Source: an uncultured delta proteobacterium
Lineage (GTDB): Bacteria > Myxococcota_A > UBA9160 > SZUA-336
Direction of reading: 5' to 3'
DNA length: 64,000 nt
Assembly: GCA_963704165.1 (NCBI GenBank)
Contig: CAVPHD010000011.1
Location: forward strand, 1-64,000
Shown here: positions 1-10,966 of the stretch, piece by piece
How the letters are laid out: each line of letters begins with the position of its first letter
Numbering within the stretch: position 1 is the first letter of the stretch
Notes under the pieces: model-generated
The model's database searches: none
What the model was told of the DNA's origin: nothing
Seen by the model: only the letters and a program-made list of their open reading frames with translations
Translations under genes and position numbers: made by a program

Positions 1-803
1 GGTGCAGCTCCGAGAGCTTCGCGACGGTCGTGCCGTTCTCGCGCGCCGCGACGCGCGCGGTCTGGCGGTCGTAACGCGTGTCGAGCAGGTAGGTCTCGAC
101 CCCCGCGAGCTTTCGATTCCGCGCGGCGTTCGCGTGCACCGAGATGAACAGGTCCGCATCCCGCCGATTGGCGATGTCGGTGCGAGCCTCGAGAGGCAGG
201 AAGACGTCCGACTTCCGCGTCATCACGACCTCGAAGCCGCGGCGCGTGAGCTCGCGCGAGAGCTCGCGCGAGATCGCGAGCACGACCGTGGACTCGCGCA
301 CCTTGTCGGACCCGAGTGCTCCGGGGTCCTTTCCGCCGTGACCCGGCGTCGATCACGATTCGCCGCACGATGCGCTGGTTCCAGTCCTCGGAGTCGTGGG
401 CCTCGACCGGCAGATCCACGACGATTCGATGCGGTGCCTCCAGCGCGTACACCGCCGGGCGCGGTGCTCGAGCGTCGAGCTCGAACACCACGCGCGAGCG
501 CCGCAGGGTGTTCTGCCCGCCGCGGACGAGACTCAAGTTCGGACTTGCCTCGACCGTCTGGGCGGTCCCGACCGGAGCGTCGAGCCAGGTCTCGTCGATG
601 TCGATGTAGAAGCGGCGCGGATTCTGAAGCTCGTTGACTTCGAAGCTCGCCTTCCGCGAGAGCTCGATCACGACGCGCGTCTGTTCCGCGGTGGTCTGGA
701 CCGAGATCGAGCGTACGTCGCCAAGCCCGGCCGGGCGCACGCCTGCGCCCAACATCGAGAGTCCGAGCAGCATGACCACAAGCGCGCGCGCCGGCCGGAT
801 CAC
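1..803 (-). CDS. amiC: N-acetylmuramoyl-L-alanine amidase (AMIN + Amidase_3 domains), 3'-partial, frameshift near 340
   Basis: Manual minus-strand translation gives a signal-like N-terminus, AMIN-like TRVVIELS...NPRRFYID, then [35 protein letters not shown] and [10 protein letters not shown]. The GTG start overlaps the mutS stop. Confidence 0.88.
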   Translation of the reverse strand, partial: MIRPARALVVMLLGLSMLGAGVRPAGLGDVRSISVQTTAEQTRVVIELSRKASFEVNELQNPRRFYIDIDETWLDAPVGTAQTVEASPNLSLVRGGQNTLRRSRVVFELDARAPRPAVYALEAPHRIVVDLPVEAHDSEDWNQRIVRRIVIDAGSRRKGPRSTRVRQGARVHGRARDLARALARAHAPRLRGRDDAEVGRLPASRGSHRHRQSAGCGPVHLGARERRAESKARGGRDLPARHALRPPDRARRGARERHDRREALGAA

Positions 804-3354
804 GAGCGCTCCCCATCGAGCCGCTTCAGCCGATCGAGTGCGACGAGAGCTTCGAGCGGCGTCATCTGGTCTGGCTCGAGCGCGCGAAGCGCCAGGTGGA
901 CAGGATCGGGCTCGGGCGCGAACAGACCGAGCTGCGCCGGCTCTCCGGCTGCATCGGGCGCGCGTGCCAATCGCGGGACTCCGCGTTCATCGAATTCCCC
1001 CCCTTCGAGGTTGCGCAACACTTCCCGCGCACGTCGGATGACCTTGGGGGGGAGTCCGGCCGTACGCGCCACATCGATTCCGTAGCTGCGACTGGCGGCT
1101 CCCGGCTCCATTCGGCGCAGGAAGAGGATCTCTCCGTCCTGCTCGGCGCACGTGAAGTGGTAGTTCCTCACCGCCGATTTCGTTCGAGCCAGATCCGCCA
1201 GCTCGTGGTAGTGGGTCGCGAACAAGACCCGAGCGCGCAACCCCGGGGCGTCGTGCAGGTGCTCGGCCACCGCCCAGGCGATCGAAAGTCCATCGAAAGT
1301 GGACGTTCCCCGACCGATCTCGTCCAGCAGGACCAGGCTCCGGCGCGTTCGCCTCGCGCAGGATGTGCCGCCGTTTCGCGCATCTCGACCATGAACGTGC
1401 TCTCGCCGGTCGCGAGCGAGTCCGACGCGCCGACGCGCGTGAAGATCCGATCGGCGATGCCGATCCGCGCGCGCCGCGCGGGAACGAACGAGCCCATCTG
1501 GGCGAGCAGCGCGATCAGCGCGACCTGCCGCAGCAGGGTCGATTTTCCGGCCATGTTGGGACCGGTGAGGATCAGGAACCGCACGTCGTCGCCATCGAGC
1601 CGGACGTCGTTCGGAACGAAGTCGCGCGTGCGAAGCTCCACCACCGGGTGTCGCCCCGCCTCGATCTCGATCGCGAGTGTTTCGTCGAGCTCGGGGCGAA
1701 CCCAGCCGCGCTCGCGCGCGACGGTCGCGAGCGACTGCGCGACGTCGAGCTCCGCGATCTCCAGGGCGGCATGGCGCACCCGCTCGCTGTCCGCACGAAC
1801 GCGCGCGCGGAGGGTCTCGAGCACGCGCTGCTCGGCCGCGGCCGCGCGTTCACGCGCGCGAAGCGTGACGCCTTCCCAGCGCTCGAGGTCGTCGGTCGTG
1901 TAGCGCTCGCCCGCGACCGTCGTCTGCTTGCGGCGATAGTCCGGCGGGACCAGCGCGAGGCGCGCCTTCGTCACCTCGATCGACCAGCCGAAGACGCGGT
2001 TGTAACGGACCTTCAGCGTCGGAATTCCGGTCCGCGCTCGCTCGCGCGTCTCGAGCTCGGCGAAGAAAGCCTCTCCCTCGAGCGATGCTCGTCGGATCTC
2101 GTCGAGCTCCGCGTCGACCCCGTCGCGCACGTAGCCGATGTGCGGCTCACCGCGCGGCGCGGGCGGCGGATCATCGGCGAGCCCGCGTTCGAGTTCAGCA
2201 AGGAGGTCCGCGAGTCGATCGGCGACCGGCGCCGCTTCGGCCACCAGCGCGACTCCTCGCAGGCATGCGCGCAGCTGACCGAGCTCGCGCGGACCGCCGG
2301 TCGGAAGCATGGCACGGGAGAGAGCGCGCTCGAGATCTCCGACGCTGCGCAGCGCCTCGCGAAGCGTCCTTCGAACGGAGTCGGGCTCGAGCCAGGCAGC
2401 GACCCGATCCTGACGCGTTCGAATGGCCTCGGGATCGAGCAGCGGCTCGCCGAGCCAGGTCGCGAGACGCCGCCGGCCGAGCGGAGAGCGCGTCTCGTCG
2501 AGCGCGCCGATCAGGGTTCCCTCGCGTCCCCCATCCTGCGTGTTCTCGAAGAGCTCGAGGTGGCGGCGGGTGGCACGGTCCAGGGTCAGGAACTCGTTGG
2601 CGCGGTAGCGGCGCAGCTCGCCGAGTTGATCGAGCGCGGCCGGCTGAAGGCGGGCGACCGTCGCGAACAGCGCCGCTGCGGCGCGAGCGGCGGCGCAGGT
2701 CTCGCTCGCCCCGAGTCCGTGCGGAAGCCGCCCGACCTTCGACGCCACCTCGCGGGGCTCGAAATCGGCGTCGGGTGCGCGGCGGAGCGCGATGGCGGCG
2801 GGCAGATCCTTCTCGGCGTCGCGCGCGATCAGCTCGCGCGGCGCGATCCGATCGAGCTCGGCGTCGAAGATCTCGCGCCGATCGCTCTCGGTCGCCGCGA
2901 ACTCGCCGGTCGAGAGATCGAGGTACGCGATTCCGTGTAGCCCCTCGTCCGAGACCGCCGCGGCGAGGTAGTTCGCGCCCGACCCCTCCAGCCGATCTCC
3001 GTTCGCGACCAGCCCTGGGGTCACGATCTCGACGATCTCACGTCGAACCAGGCCCTTGGCCTCTCGGGGGTCCTCGGTCTGCTCGGCGATCGCGACCGAG
3101 AGCCCCGCCGCGAGACAGCGCCGCAGGTAGCCCTCGAGCGCGTGGAAGGGCACGCCGCACATCGGCACCGGCTGGGCCGAGTCTTTCTCGCGCGACGTCA
3201 GCACCAGGTCGAGAAGCGGCGCCGCAGTCTCGGCGTCATCCTCGAAGAGCTCATAGAAATCGCCCATCCGGAAGAAGAGCAGCGCATCCCCTGCCTGCCG
3301 CTTCAGCTCGCGGTGCTGACGCATCATCGGCGTATCGCTGCGGCGGGGCTCCAC
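800..3354 (-). CDS. mutS: DNA mismatch repair protein MutS, frameshifted near 1345-1365
   Basis: TPMMRQ and [11 protein letters not shown], Walker [18 protein letters not shown]; the C-terminal part LFATHYHEL and SRSYGIDVA is in ORF 800..1270. Confidence 0.96.
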
Positions 3355-3371
3355 GCGCGCAGTCTAACGCG

Positions 3372-3401
3372 TTGACGTCGGGCCGCGGCGTGCGGTACAA
3401 A
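3372..3401 (+). promoter_or_regulatory. Putative sigma70 promoter for the leader peptide/DAHP synthase transcript
   Basis: TTGACG (3372-3377), 18 nt spacer, TACAAA (3396-3401), ending 7 nt before the leader GTG at 3409. Confidence 0.6.
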
Positions 3402-3408
3402 GCCGGTC

Positions 3409-3489
3409 GTGAGCAATTCGCGCTTCTACGCCGCGTTCTATTTTGCCTGGCGGGCCGACCGGGCCGCGGCAGGAGACGTGAGCGCGTAG
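3409..3489 (+). CDS. Aromatic amino acid attenuator leader peptide MSNSRFYAAFYFAWRADRAAAGDVSA (26 aa)
   Basis: GTG..TAG ORF with 3 Phe, 2 Tyr and 1 Trp in 9 consecutive codons, directly upstream of a terminator and the DAHP synthase gene. Confidence 0.85.
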   Translation: MSNSRFYAAFYFAWRADRAAAGDVSA

Positions 3490-3513
3490 CGCGAAATCGA
3501 AACCAGTCGCCGC

Positions 3514-3548
3514 AGCCCCGGGAGGCCACCTCTCGGGGCTTTTTTGTT
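3514..3548 (+). terminator. Attenuator intrinsic terminator
   Basis: Stem AGCCCCGGGAGG / CCTCTCGGGGCT (12 bp, one G:U), loop CCA, then a T tract. Alternative pairing 3459-3470 with 3509-3521 would form an antiterminator. Confidence 0.88.
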
Positions 3549-3575
3549 GCACGCCATCCAAGAGACGGAGAGTCC

Positions 3576-4649
3576 ATGGAATCGAAGGACCCGAATGACG
3601 ACACCGACCTGCCCTCGCCGGCCGCGCTCCGCGCGGACTTCCCACGTCCGCTCGCGGTCGAGCGAGTCGTCGGGCGCGGACGCGAGGCGATCCGGAACGC
3701 TCTGCACGGCCGCGACGCGCGACTCGTGGCGATCGTCGGCCCGTGCTCGATCCACGATCGCGACTCCGCGCTCGAGTACGCCGAGCGACTCGCTCGGCTC
3801 GGCTCGGAGCTCGACGACGCGCTGATCCTGGTGATGCGCACCTACTTCGAGAAGCCGCGCACGGCTCTCGGCTGGAAGGGCCTGATCAACGACCCCAAGC
3901 TCGACGGCTCGTGCGAGATGGCGCTCGGGCTCGAGCGCGCGAGGGAGATCCTGCTCGCCATCGGCGAGCTCGGGCTCGCCTGCGGAAGCGAGCTGCTCGA
4001 TCCGATCACGCGGCACTACATCGGGGATCTGCTCGTCTGGGTCGGCATCGGCGCGCGCACGTCCGAGAGCCAGATCCACCGCGAGATGGCGAGCGGCTTG
4101 CCGATGCCCGTCGGCTTCAAGAACCCGACCTCGGGCTCGCTCGCACCCGCGCGCGACGCGATGCTCGCCGCGCGAAGCCCACACCGCCACCTCGGCATCG
4201 GACCCGACGGCGGTTTCCGGCGCATCGAGACCCACGGGAACCCCGACGTCCACCTCGTTCTACGCGGCGGCGAACGCGGGCCGAACTACGCCTCGCAGGA
4301 CGTCTCGCGCGCGGCAGAGCTGACCTCGATGCTCGGCCTGGCGAAATCGATCCTGGTCGACTGCTCGCATGCGAATGCGGAGAAGGACCACCGGCTCCAA
4401 GCGAAGGCGCTCCGCGCGGTGCTGAGACAGATCGAGTCCGGCCGGAGCCCGATCCTTGGCCTCATGCTCGAGAGCCATCTCGAGCCGGGGCGCCAGGCTC
4501 TTCACGCCGGTGAACCGCTCGCGTACGGGGTCTCACTCACCGACCCCTGTCTCGGGTGGGACGAGACCGAGGCCCTGCTGCGTGAGACGGCCGCTTGCGC
4601 GCGCGCCTCGAAACGACTCGAGCCAGCCGTTAGCATGGCGCCCGCCTGA
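3576..4649 (+). CDS. aroG: 3-deoxy-7-phosphoheptulonate (DAHP) synthase, class I (AroF/G/H type)
   Basis: [70 protein letters not shown] before ATG 3576. The isozyme symbol is nominal. Confidence 0.95.
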   Translation: MESKDPNDDTDLPSPAALRADFPRPLAVERVVGRGREAIRNALHGRDARLVAIVGPCSIHDRDSALEYAERLARLGSELDDALILVMRTYFEKPRTALGWKGLINDPKLDGSCEMALGLERAREILLAIGELGLACGSELLDPITRHYIGDLLVWVGIGARTSESQIHREMASGLPMPVGFKNPTSGSLAPARDAMLAARSPHRHLGIGPDGGFRRIETHGNPDVHLVLRGGERGPNYASQDVSRAAELTSMLGLAKSILVDCSHANAEKDHRLQAKALRAVLRQIESGRSPILGLMLESHLEPGRQALHAGEPLAYGVSLTDPCLGWDETEALLRETAACARASKRLEPAVSMAPA

Positions 4650-4665
4650 TCGAGAGGAGTGCCCC

Positions 4666-5148
4666 GTGCCCAGATCGCGTCCATTCCGCGTGCTCGGACT
4701 CCAGCAGATCGCCGTCGGCTCGACGGACAAGGCGGCGCTGCGCCACCTCTGGGTCGATCTGCTCGGACTCACTCCGACCGGCAGTTACAGGAGCGAGTCC
4801 GAAAACGTCGACGAAGACATCACGCGCGCGGGCAGCGGAGCGTTCGCGGTGGAAGTCGACCTGATGCAGCCGATCGATCCGGAGAAGCGTCCCCGCGTCA
4901 ACGATCCGGCGCTGAACCACGTCGGCCTCTGGGTCGACGACCTGCCCGCCGCCGTCGCGTGGCTCCAAGAGCAGGGCATGCGCTTCACGCCCGGCGGCAT
5001 CCGCAAGGGTGCGGCCGGCTTCGATGTCTGCTTCATCCATCCCAAGGGGAGCACCGAGGCCCCGGCTTCGGGCGAAGGCGTCTTGATCGAGCTCGTTCAG
5101 GCACCCGCCGAGGTGATCCGTGCGTTCGACGAGGTCGCGGGTCGCTAG
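4666..5148 (+). CDS. VOC family protein (methylmalonyl-CoA epimerase/glyoxalase-like)
   Basis: [42 protein letters not shown] before GTG 4666. Confidence 0.8.
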   Translation: MPRSRPFRVLGLQQIAVGSTDKAALRHLWVDLLGLTPTGSYRSESENVDEDITRAGSGAFAVEVDLMQPIDPEKRPRVNDPALNHVGLWVDDLPAAVAWLQEQGMRFTPGGIRKGAAGFDVCFIHPKGSTEAPASGEGVLIELVQAPAEVIRAFDEVAGR

Positions 5149-5904
5149 CTAGAAGATCGCGTAGCCGCCATCGATGCGGAGGACGTCGCCGCTGTGGAAG
5201 CGGGATTCGCGCGAGGCGAGGTAGACGGCAACGGCCTCGAATTCCGCCGGCGTTCCCCAACGCCCCGCAGGTGTGCGTTGCACGATCGTGTCGTGGAGCT
5301 TCTTCCAGCGCAGAGCGGAAGCGGTCATGTCGGTCTCGATCCAGCCGGGGAGGACGGCGTTCGCCTGGATGTCATGGCGTCCGAGCTCGACCGCGAGCGA
5401 TCGGATCAAGGCGATCACGCCGGCCTTGCTCGCGGCGTAGTTCGGCTGGCGCGGCATCCCGTGCATCGATCCGATCGACGACGTCACCACGAGCTTTCCA
5501 CCGCCGCCGCGCGCGATCATGTGTTTCGCGGCCTCGCGGAACGTGAGGAAGACCCCCGTCAGGTTCACCTCGAGCACGGCGTTCCAGTCCGCGAGCGTCA
5601 TCTCGACGAACGGGCGGGCTATGCCCATGCCCGCGTTCGCGAAGCAGGAGTCGACGCGTTCGAAGCGCGCGAGCGTCTCGTCCATCGCGCGAACGATCTC
5701 CGCTTCGCGCGCGACGTCGCAGCTGAAGGACTCGACGTCGGCACCCAAGGCGCGCAGCTCGGTGACCGCGGCTGCGTTCTTCTCCGCGTTGCGTCCCCAG
5801 AGTGCGAGCCGGCCGCCCGACTTTGCGATCCCGCGCGCCATCCCGAGGCCGATGCCGCCGTTTCCGCCCGTGATCAGCGCGACGTGACCTGTCAGATCGA
5901 ACAT
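5149..5904 (-). CDS. Short-chain dehydrogenase/reductase
   Basis: TGGNGGIG, NAG, YAASK catalytic motif, PGWIET. Confidence 0.93.
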   Translation of the reverse strand: MFDLTGHVALITGGNGGIGLGMARGIAKSGGRLALWGRNAEKNAAAVTELRALGADVESFSCDVAREAEIVRAMDETLARFERVDSCFANAGMGIARPFVEMTLADWNAVLEVNLTGVFLTFREAAKHMIARGGGGKLVVTSSIGSMHGMPRQPNYAASKAGVIALIRSLAVELGRHDIQANAVLPGWIETDMTASALRWKKLHDTIVQRTPAGRWGTPAEFEAVAVYLASRESRFHSGDVLRIDGGYAIF

Positions 5905-5926
5905 GTGAACTCCGTCCGCAGGGTCG

Positions 5927-7500
5927 TCAGACCTTGCTCGCTCGCCCCGCCCAGAACGGCTCGCGCAGCACCTTCTTCAGGATCTTCCCGGAAGCGTTGC
6001 GCGGGATCTCTTCCGCGAACGAGACCGAGCGTGGGATCTTGTAGCCGGCGAGGTGCTCGCGTCCGTAGCGCGAGAACGTCGGCATCGGTGAGCGTTCGCC
6101 CGGGCAGCGGCACGATCACGACGTGCACGCTCTCGCCCCACTCGTCGCTCGGCACGCCGATCACGGCGACGTCGAGCGACGTCGGGGTGCGAGTCGAGCA
6201 CGGCTTCGATCTCGGCGGGATAGATGTTCACGCCACCCGAGATGATCATGTCTTTCTTGCGGTCGCAGATGTAGTAGAAGCCCTCCTCGTCGAAATAGGC
6301 GACGTCGCCGACGGTGTGGAAGTCGCCGCGCTTGTCCTCTCTCGAACTTCTCCCGAGCCTTGTGGTAGGTGGCGAAGACGCTCGGGCTGCGCACCGCGAG
6401 CTCACCGGGAACGCGCGGCTGCGTCACGCGTCCGCCGTCGTCGTCGAAGAGCGCGATCTCGACCATCGGCGCAGGCTGGCCGCAGGAGCCGGGCTTTCGG
6501 AGCTGGTCCTCCGGTCGCAGGATCGTGTTCACGCCGAGCTCGGTCGAGCCGTAGACCTCGAAGAGCGAGTCCTGCGGGAAGTCGGCCAGGTACATCTGCT
6601 TCAGCGCGAACGACCACGGCGCGGCGTTGGCGATGATGCGGCGCATCGAGCGGCGGTCGTACTTCGCCTTCACCTCGTCCGCGGCAGGTTGCAGATCAAT
6701 GCGCATCGGCGTCGGCGCCGAGAACGTCGTCGTCACGTGGTGCGTCTCGACCAGGCGCAGCCAGTCCTCGGCGTCGAACTTTCTTCTGCACCACGACCGT
6801 GTTGCCGAGCGCGTGCGCGATCGCCATGAAGCCGCCCGGGCCCGAGTGATAGAGCGGCCCGGTCGTCAGGTAGACGTCGTCGGGCAGGTAGCCGATCAGT
6901 CGCAGCATCGCGGCCGACTGCTCGGCGTTTCCGGCGCCGCGCACGGCGCCCTTCGGGCTTCCCGGTGGTGCCGGAGGTGTAGATCATGGTCTGAGCGGAC
7001 TCGCCGTCCTCGTCGTGCTTCGGCTCGCGCGGCGCTCGCCGCGGCGATCAGCGCATCGACGTCGCGCTGCCCGGCTTCGGTCGCGCCGTCGTAGACGAGC
7101 ACGTCGCGCAGCTTCGGGAGCTGGGAGCGGATCCCGCCGAAGAGCGACGCGTACTCGGCGTCGACGTACGCCATCACCGGAGTCGCGAGTTGTCCACGAC
7201 GTATGCGCCTCTTCGGGCGCCAGCCGGTAGTTCAGCGGAACCGCGACCGCGCCGACCTTGCGAGCCGCGTGCACGACGCGCACCACGCCTGGGCGAGTTC
7301 TGTCCGCACCAGACGAGCTTCTCGCCGCGTCTGAGCCCGAGCGAGAGGAGCGCGTTCGCGAGACGGTTGGCCTGCTCCTCGAGCTCGGCGAACGTCCAGC
7401 GCAGGACTCGACCGTCCGGACGATCGTGGATCACCGCGAGCTTGCTCGGCGTGCTTCGAGCGTGAAACGTCAGGAGGTCGGGCGGGCGGGACTCGGCCAT
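5927..7500 (-). CDS. AMP-binding acyl-CoA synthetase with several frameshifts
   Basis: Fragments in successive frames: [64 protein letters not shown]. Confidence 0.85.
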
Positions 7501-7727
7501 TCGTTCGCACCTCGAGCCGGAGATCGGCCGAGCGATTGTCCCTGCGGCATCGCCCACGGGTCAATCGGCGGACTCAGCGCTCGCGCACGCGGATGTTCCC
7601 GCCCGAGGTCCACCTGGAGACGTCCCCCCGGCCTGGCCGCGAGACGCTGGTCGAGCGAGCCCGAGAATTCCTCCGACGAGCACGCGGTGAGCGAGAGCGC
7701 GAGCAGCGCCACGAGATTGAGCTTCAC
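7470..7727 (-). pseudogene. Short lipoprotein ORF, possibly a truncated remnant
   Basis: GGAG RBS and signal peptide with lipobox LTAC; its 3' end overlaps the start of the acyl-CoA synthetase. Confidence 0.4.
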
Positions 7728-7931
7728 CCCCGCTCTCCTTCCGCTTCAGGTCCCGATGGGAGCAACCCCCGTGCCAGCCGAGCCGCGCCGCTCGCGCCGC
7801 GCGCCGACATCCAGCGCAGCCGGTGTCCTGCGGGTGGGTCCTTCGAGCTGCGGCGCGCTCGATCCTGAGGGCCGAAGGCACGGCGTGCAAGCCGGCAGCG
7901 GCAGCGGCGCGGACGTGCTATCGAACGCGCC

Positions 7932-9856
7932 GTGCAGAAGAGCGGGGGGAGGCAAGGCCCGGACCGGACGGCCCGACCGAGGGTCGGCTGGGTTCGGCCA
8001 ACTTCCGCCGGCTCACGCTGGCCGCGGTCGGCGTCGTGTATGGCGACATCGGCACGTCCCCGCTCTATGCGATGCGCGAGTGCTTTCACGGAGCCCACGG
8101 CGCCACGCCGACCCCGGAGAACATCCTCGGCGTCTGCTCGCTGGTCTTCTGGGCGCTCTCGCTGGTGATCGTCCTGAAGTACCTGAGCTTCGTGATGCGC
8201 GCCGACAACAACGGTGAAGGCGGCGTACTGGCGCTCCTCGCGCTCGGTGACCGGAGCACCGAGAAGCGCAACCCGCGCATCCGCACGATCGGTTTTCTGC
8301 TCGCGCTTTTCGGAACGGCGCTCCTCTACGGCGACAGCATGATCACGCCCGCGATCTCCGTGCTCTCTGCCGTCGAGGGGCTCGAGATCGCCATCCCGGG
8401 GCTCGAGCCCGTCGTCGTCTACATCGCGCTCGTCCTGCTCGTCGTGTTGTTCTGGCTGCAGAGCCGCGGCACCGAGCGGATCGGGCGCATCGGTTCGGGC
8501 CGATCGCGCTGGCTTGGTTCGTCTCCATCGCGCTTCTCGGGATTCCCTGGATCGTGCGCGAGCCGCAGATACTCGCGGCGGTGAATCCCGTCTACGCCGT
8601 GCAGCTGCTGACCGGATCGCACGGGGCCGGGCTTCTTCATCATCGGCGCCGTCGTTCTGTGCGTGACGGGCGGCGAACAGCTCTACGCGGACATGGGTCA
8701 CTTCGGCCGGCTGCCGATCACGCTGGCATGGTACGGGCTCGTCTTTCCGTGCCTCCTGCTCTCGTACTTCGGCCAGGGCGCGTACCTGCTGAGTGTCGGA
8801 GCACCGGGGATCGAGAGTCCCTTCTTCGGGCTGATTCCGGAGCTCCTCCTGCTGCCGATGGTCGGGCTCGCGACGCTGGCGACGATCGTCGCGTCGCAGG
8901 CCGTGATCTCGGGATCCTTCTCGCTGACCGCGCAGGCGATCCAGCTCGGCTACCTCCCACGCATGCAGATCGTGCACACCTCCGTTCACAAGGAGGGGCA
9001 GATCTACATTCCCGCCGTGAACTGGCTGCTGATGATCGCGTGCATCGCGCTCGTGCTCGAGTTCCGCGCCTCCTCGGGTCTCGCCGCCGCGTACGGAATC
9101 GCCGTGACGGGTGCGATGACGACCACGAGCATCCTGTTCCTGCCGATCGCCCGGCGCAGGCTCGGCCTGATCCCGACGATCGCGCTCGGAGCGCTCTTCC
9201 TGACGGTCGACGTCTCGCTCTTCGCGTCCAACGTGCCGAAGATCCCCCACGGCGCGGCCTTCCCGCTCTTGATCGGCGTCGTGCTCTTCACCGTGATGAC
9301 GACCTGGCGACGCGGCTCCGATCTATTGAACCGTCACCTCAGCGACGTTTCGCTGCCGCTGACCTCGTTCATCGCCGACGTCGCGCAACAGCAGCCGACC
9401 CGGGTTCCCGGCACGGCGGTGTTCATGTCCGGCAATCCCGACGGTCTACCGCTCGCGCTCGGCCACCACTTCAAACACTCCAAAGTGTTGCACGAGAAGA
9501 TCGTCCTGCTCTCGATCGCGACGGAGCACTTCCCGGTGGTCCCGCGGCAGGATCGCGTTCGAGTCGAATTCCTCGGCGAGGGCTTCGTGCGGGTGACCGC
9601 ACGCTACGGATTCGTGCAGACACCCTCGATCGAGGACATCCTGCGACAGATCGCCGTGACCGGCGTGCCCGTCTCGATCGATCAAGCGAGCTTCTTCCTC
9701 GGTCGCGTGACGGTCCTTTCCGGTCCGAAGTCCGACATGGCCCAGTGGCGCAAGAAGCTCTTCGCGGTGCTTCACTACACCGCACAGCCGGCCGCCGGCT
9801 ACTATGGAATTCCGCCGGGACGCGCGGTCGAGCTCGGCATGCAGATCACGATATGA
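7932..9856 (+). CDS. kup: KUP/HAK/KT potassium transporter, frameshifted; start approximate
   Basis: GVVYGDIGTSPLY, ADNNGEGG, GDSMITPAISVLSAVEG, ADMGHFG, GQIYIPAVNW, LAAAYGIAV, RAVELGMQI. Confidence 0.93.
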
Positions 9857-10944
9857 ACGGGACGAAACCGTACCGACTCTACGGCGCCGAGATCTCCTAC
9901 TTCACCGCGAAGGTCCGACCCGCGCTCCGCGCCAAGGCCGTCCACTTCGTGGAGCTGCTCGCCACTCCCGCCGTCTACCGCGAGGTGATCCTCCCGCGAA
10001 CCGGCCTCACCTTCATCCCGATCGTGACGACGCCCGACGGCGAGACCTGGCAGGACACGAGCGAGATTCTCGACCGACTCGAGGAGCGCTTTCCCGAGCC
10101 GGCCCTCGTCCCGCCGAGCCCCTTCCTGCGAATCGCCTCGTCGCTGCTCGAGGTCTTCGCGGACGAGTTCATGGTCCTGCCGGCAATGCACTACCGCTGG
10201 AGCTTTCCCGAGAGCGAGGCAAAGGCGCGCGCGGATTTCGCCGCGACGAACGGCGATCCCGAGGCCGCGAACCGCTTCGCCGACCGGATGGCGGGAGCTC
10301 TACCCGCACTCGGTGTCACGCCAGCGTCGGCTCCGGCCATCGAAGCGCACCTGCGCGACTTGCTGGCACGTCTCGATGCCATCTTCGAGAAAACGCCGTT
10401 CCTGCTCGGCGAGCGGATCTCCCAGGCGGACTGCTCGTTGATGGGACCCCTGTACGCGCACCTGTACCTCGACGCCGTCCCCGGACGACTGCTGCGCGCA
10501 ACCGCGAAACGCGTCTGTCACTGGATCGAGCGCTGCAACCACCCCGACCCGGAGCCGAAGGGCAGCTGGCTCGACGATTCGCGCGCGGCCGATCTGCTTC
10601 GGCCGCTGCTCTCGTTGATCGGCTCCGACGCGGCGCCGGTCGTTCTCGACGCCGTGCGCGCGGTCGAAACCTGGGCCGACGGCTGCACGGACGCGAGCGC
10701 GGAGATCCCGCGCGGCGTCGGCGTACACGCATCGTCACTGCGCGGCACACCGATCTCGCGTTTCACGAGCCCCTACACGCTCTGGATGTTGCAGCGTCCG
10801 CTCGACACGTTCGCAGCACTTCCCGCCGACCCCCGCGCGCACGTCGAGCGAGCCCTCGCGGGTACCGGTGTCGAGACCTGGCTTCGCCATCGACCGAGAC
10901 ATCGGCTCACGAAGCGCGGCTTCAAGCTCGCCTTCGACGCCTGA
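9853..10944 (+). CDS. Glutathione S-transferase family protein
   Basis: SYFTAKVR, IPIV, QDTSEI, AMHYRW, FLLGERISQADCSL; ATGA overlap with the kup stop. Confidence 0.85.
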   Translation: MNGTKPYRLYGAEISYFTAKVRPALRAKAVHFVELLATPAVYREVILPRTGLTFIPIVTTPDGETWQDTSEILDRLEERFPEPALVPPSPFLRIASSLLEVFADEFMVLPAMHYRWSFPESEAKARADFAATNGDPEAANRFADRMAGALPALGVTPASAPAIEAHLRDLLARLDAIFEKTPFLLGERISQADCSLMGPLYAHLYLDAVPGRLLRATAKRVCHWIERCNHPDPEPKGSWLDDSRAADLLRPLLSLIGSDAAPVVLDAVRAVETWADGCTDASAEIPRGVGVHASSLRGTPISRFTSPYTLWMLQRPLDTFAALPADPRAHVERALAGTGVETWLRHRPRHRLTKRGFKLAFDA

Positions 10945-10966
10945 GCGCCGCTGACCGCAGCGCCTG

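Noticed and set aside
2085..3575. N-terminal extension of the 854-aa ORF containing the DAHP synthase
   Set aside because: It is an antisense shadow of mutS running through the attenuator; the real start is ATG 3576 with an RBS.
8554..9852. 796-aa ORF suggesting a long N-terminal extension of the GST
   Set aside because: The upstream part is an off-frame read of kup; the GST starts at the ATGA overlap at 9853.
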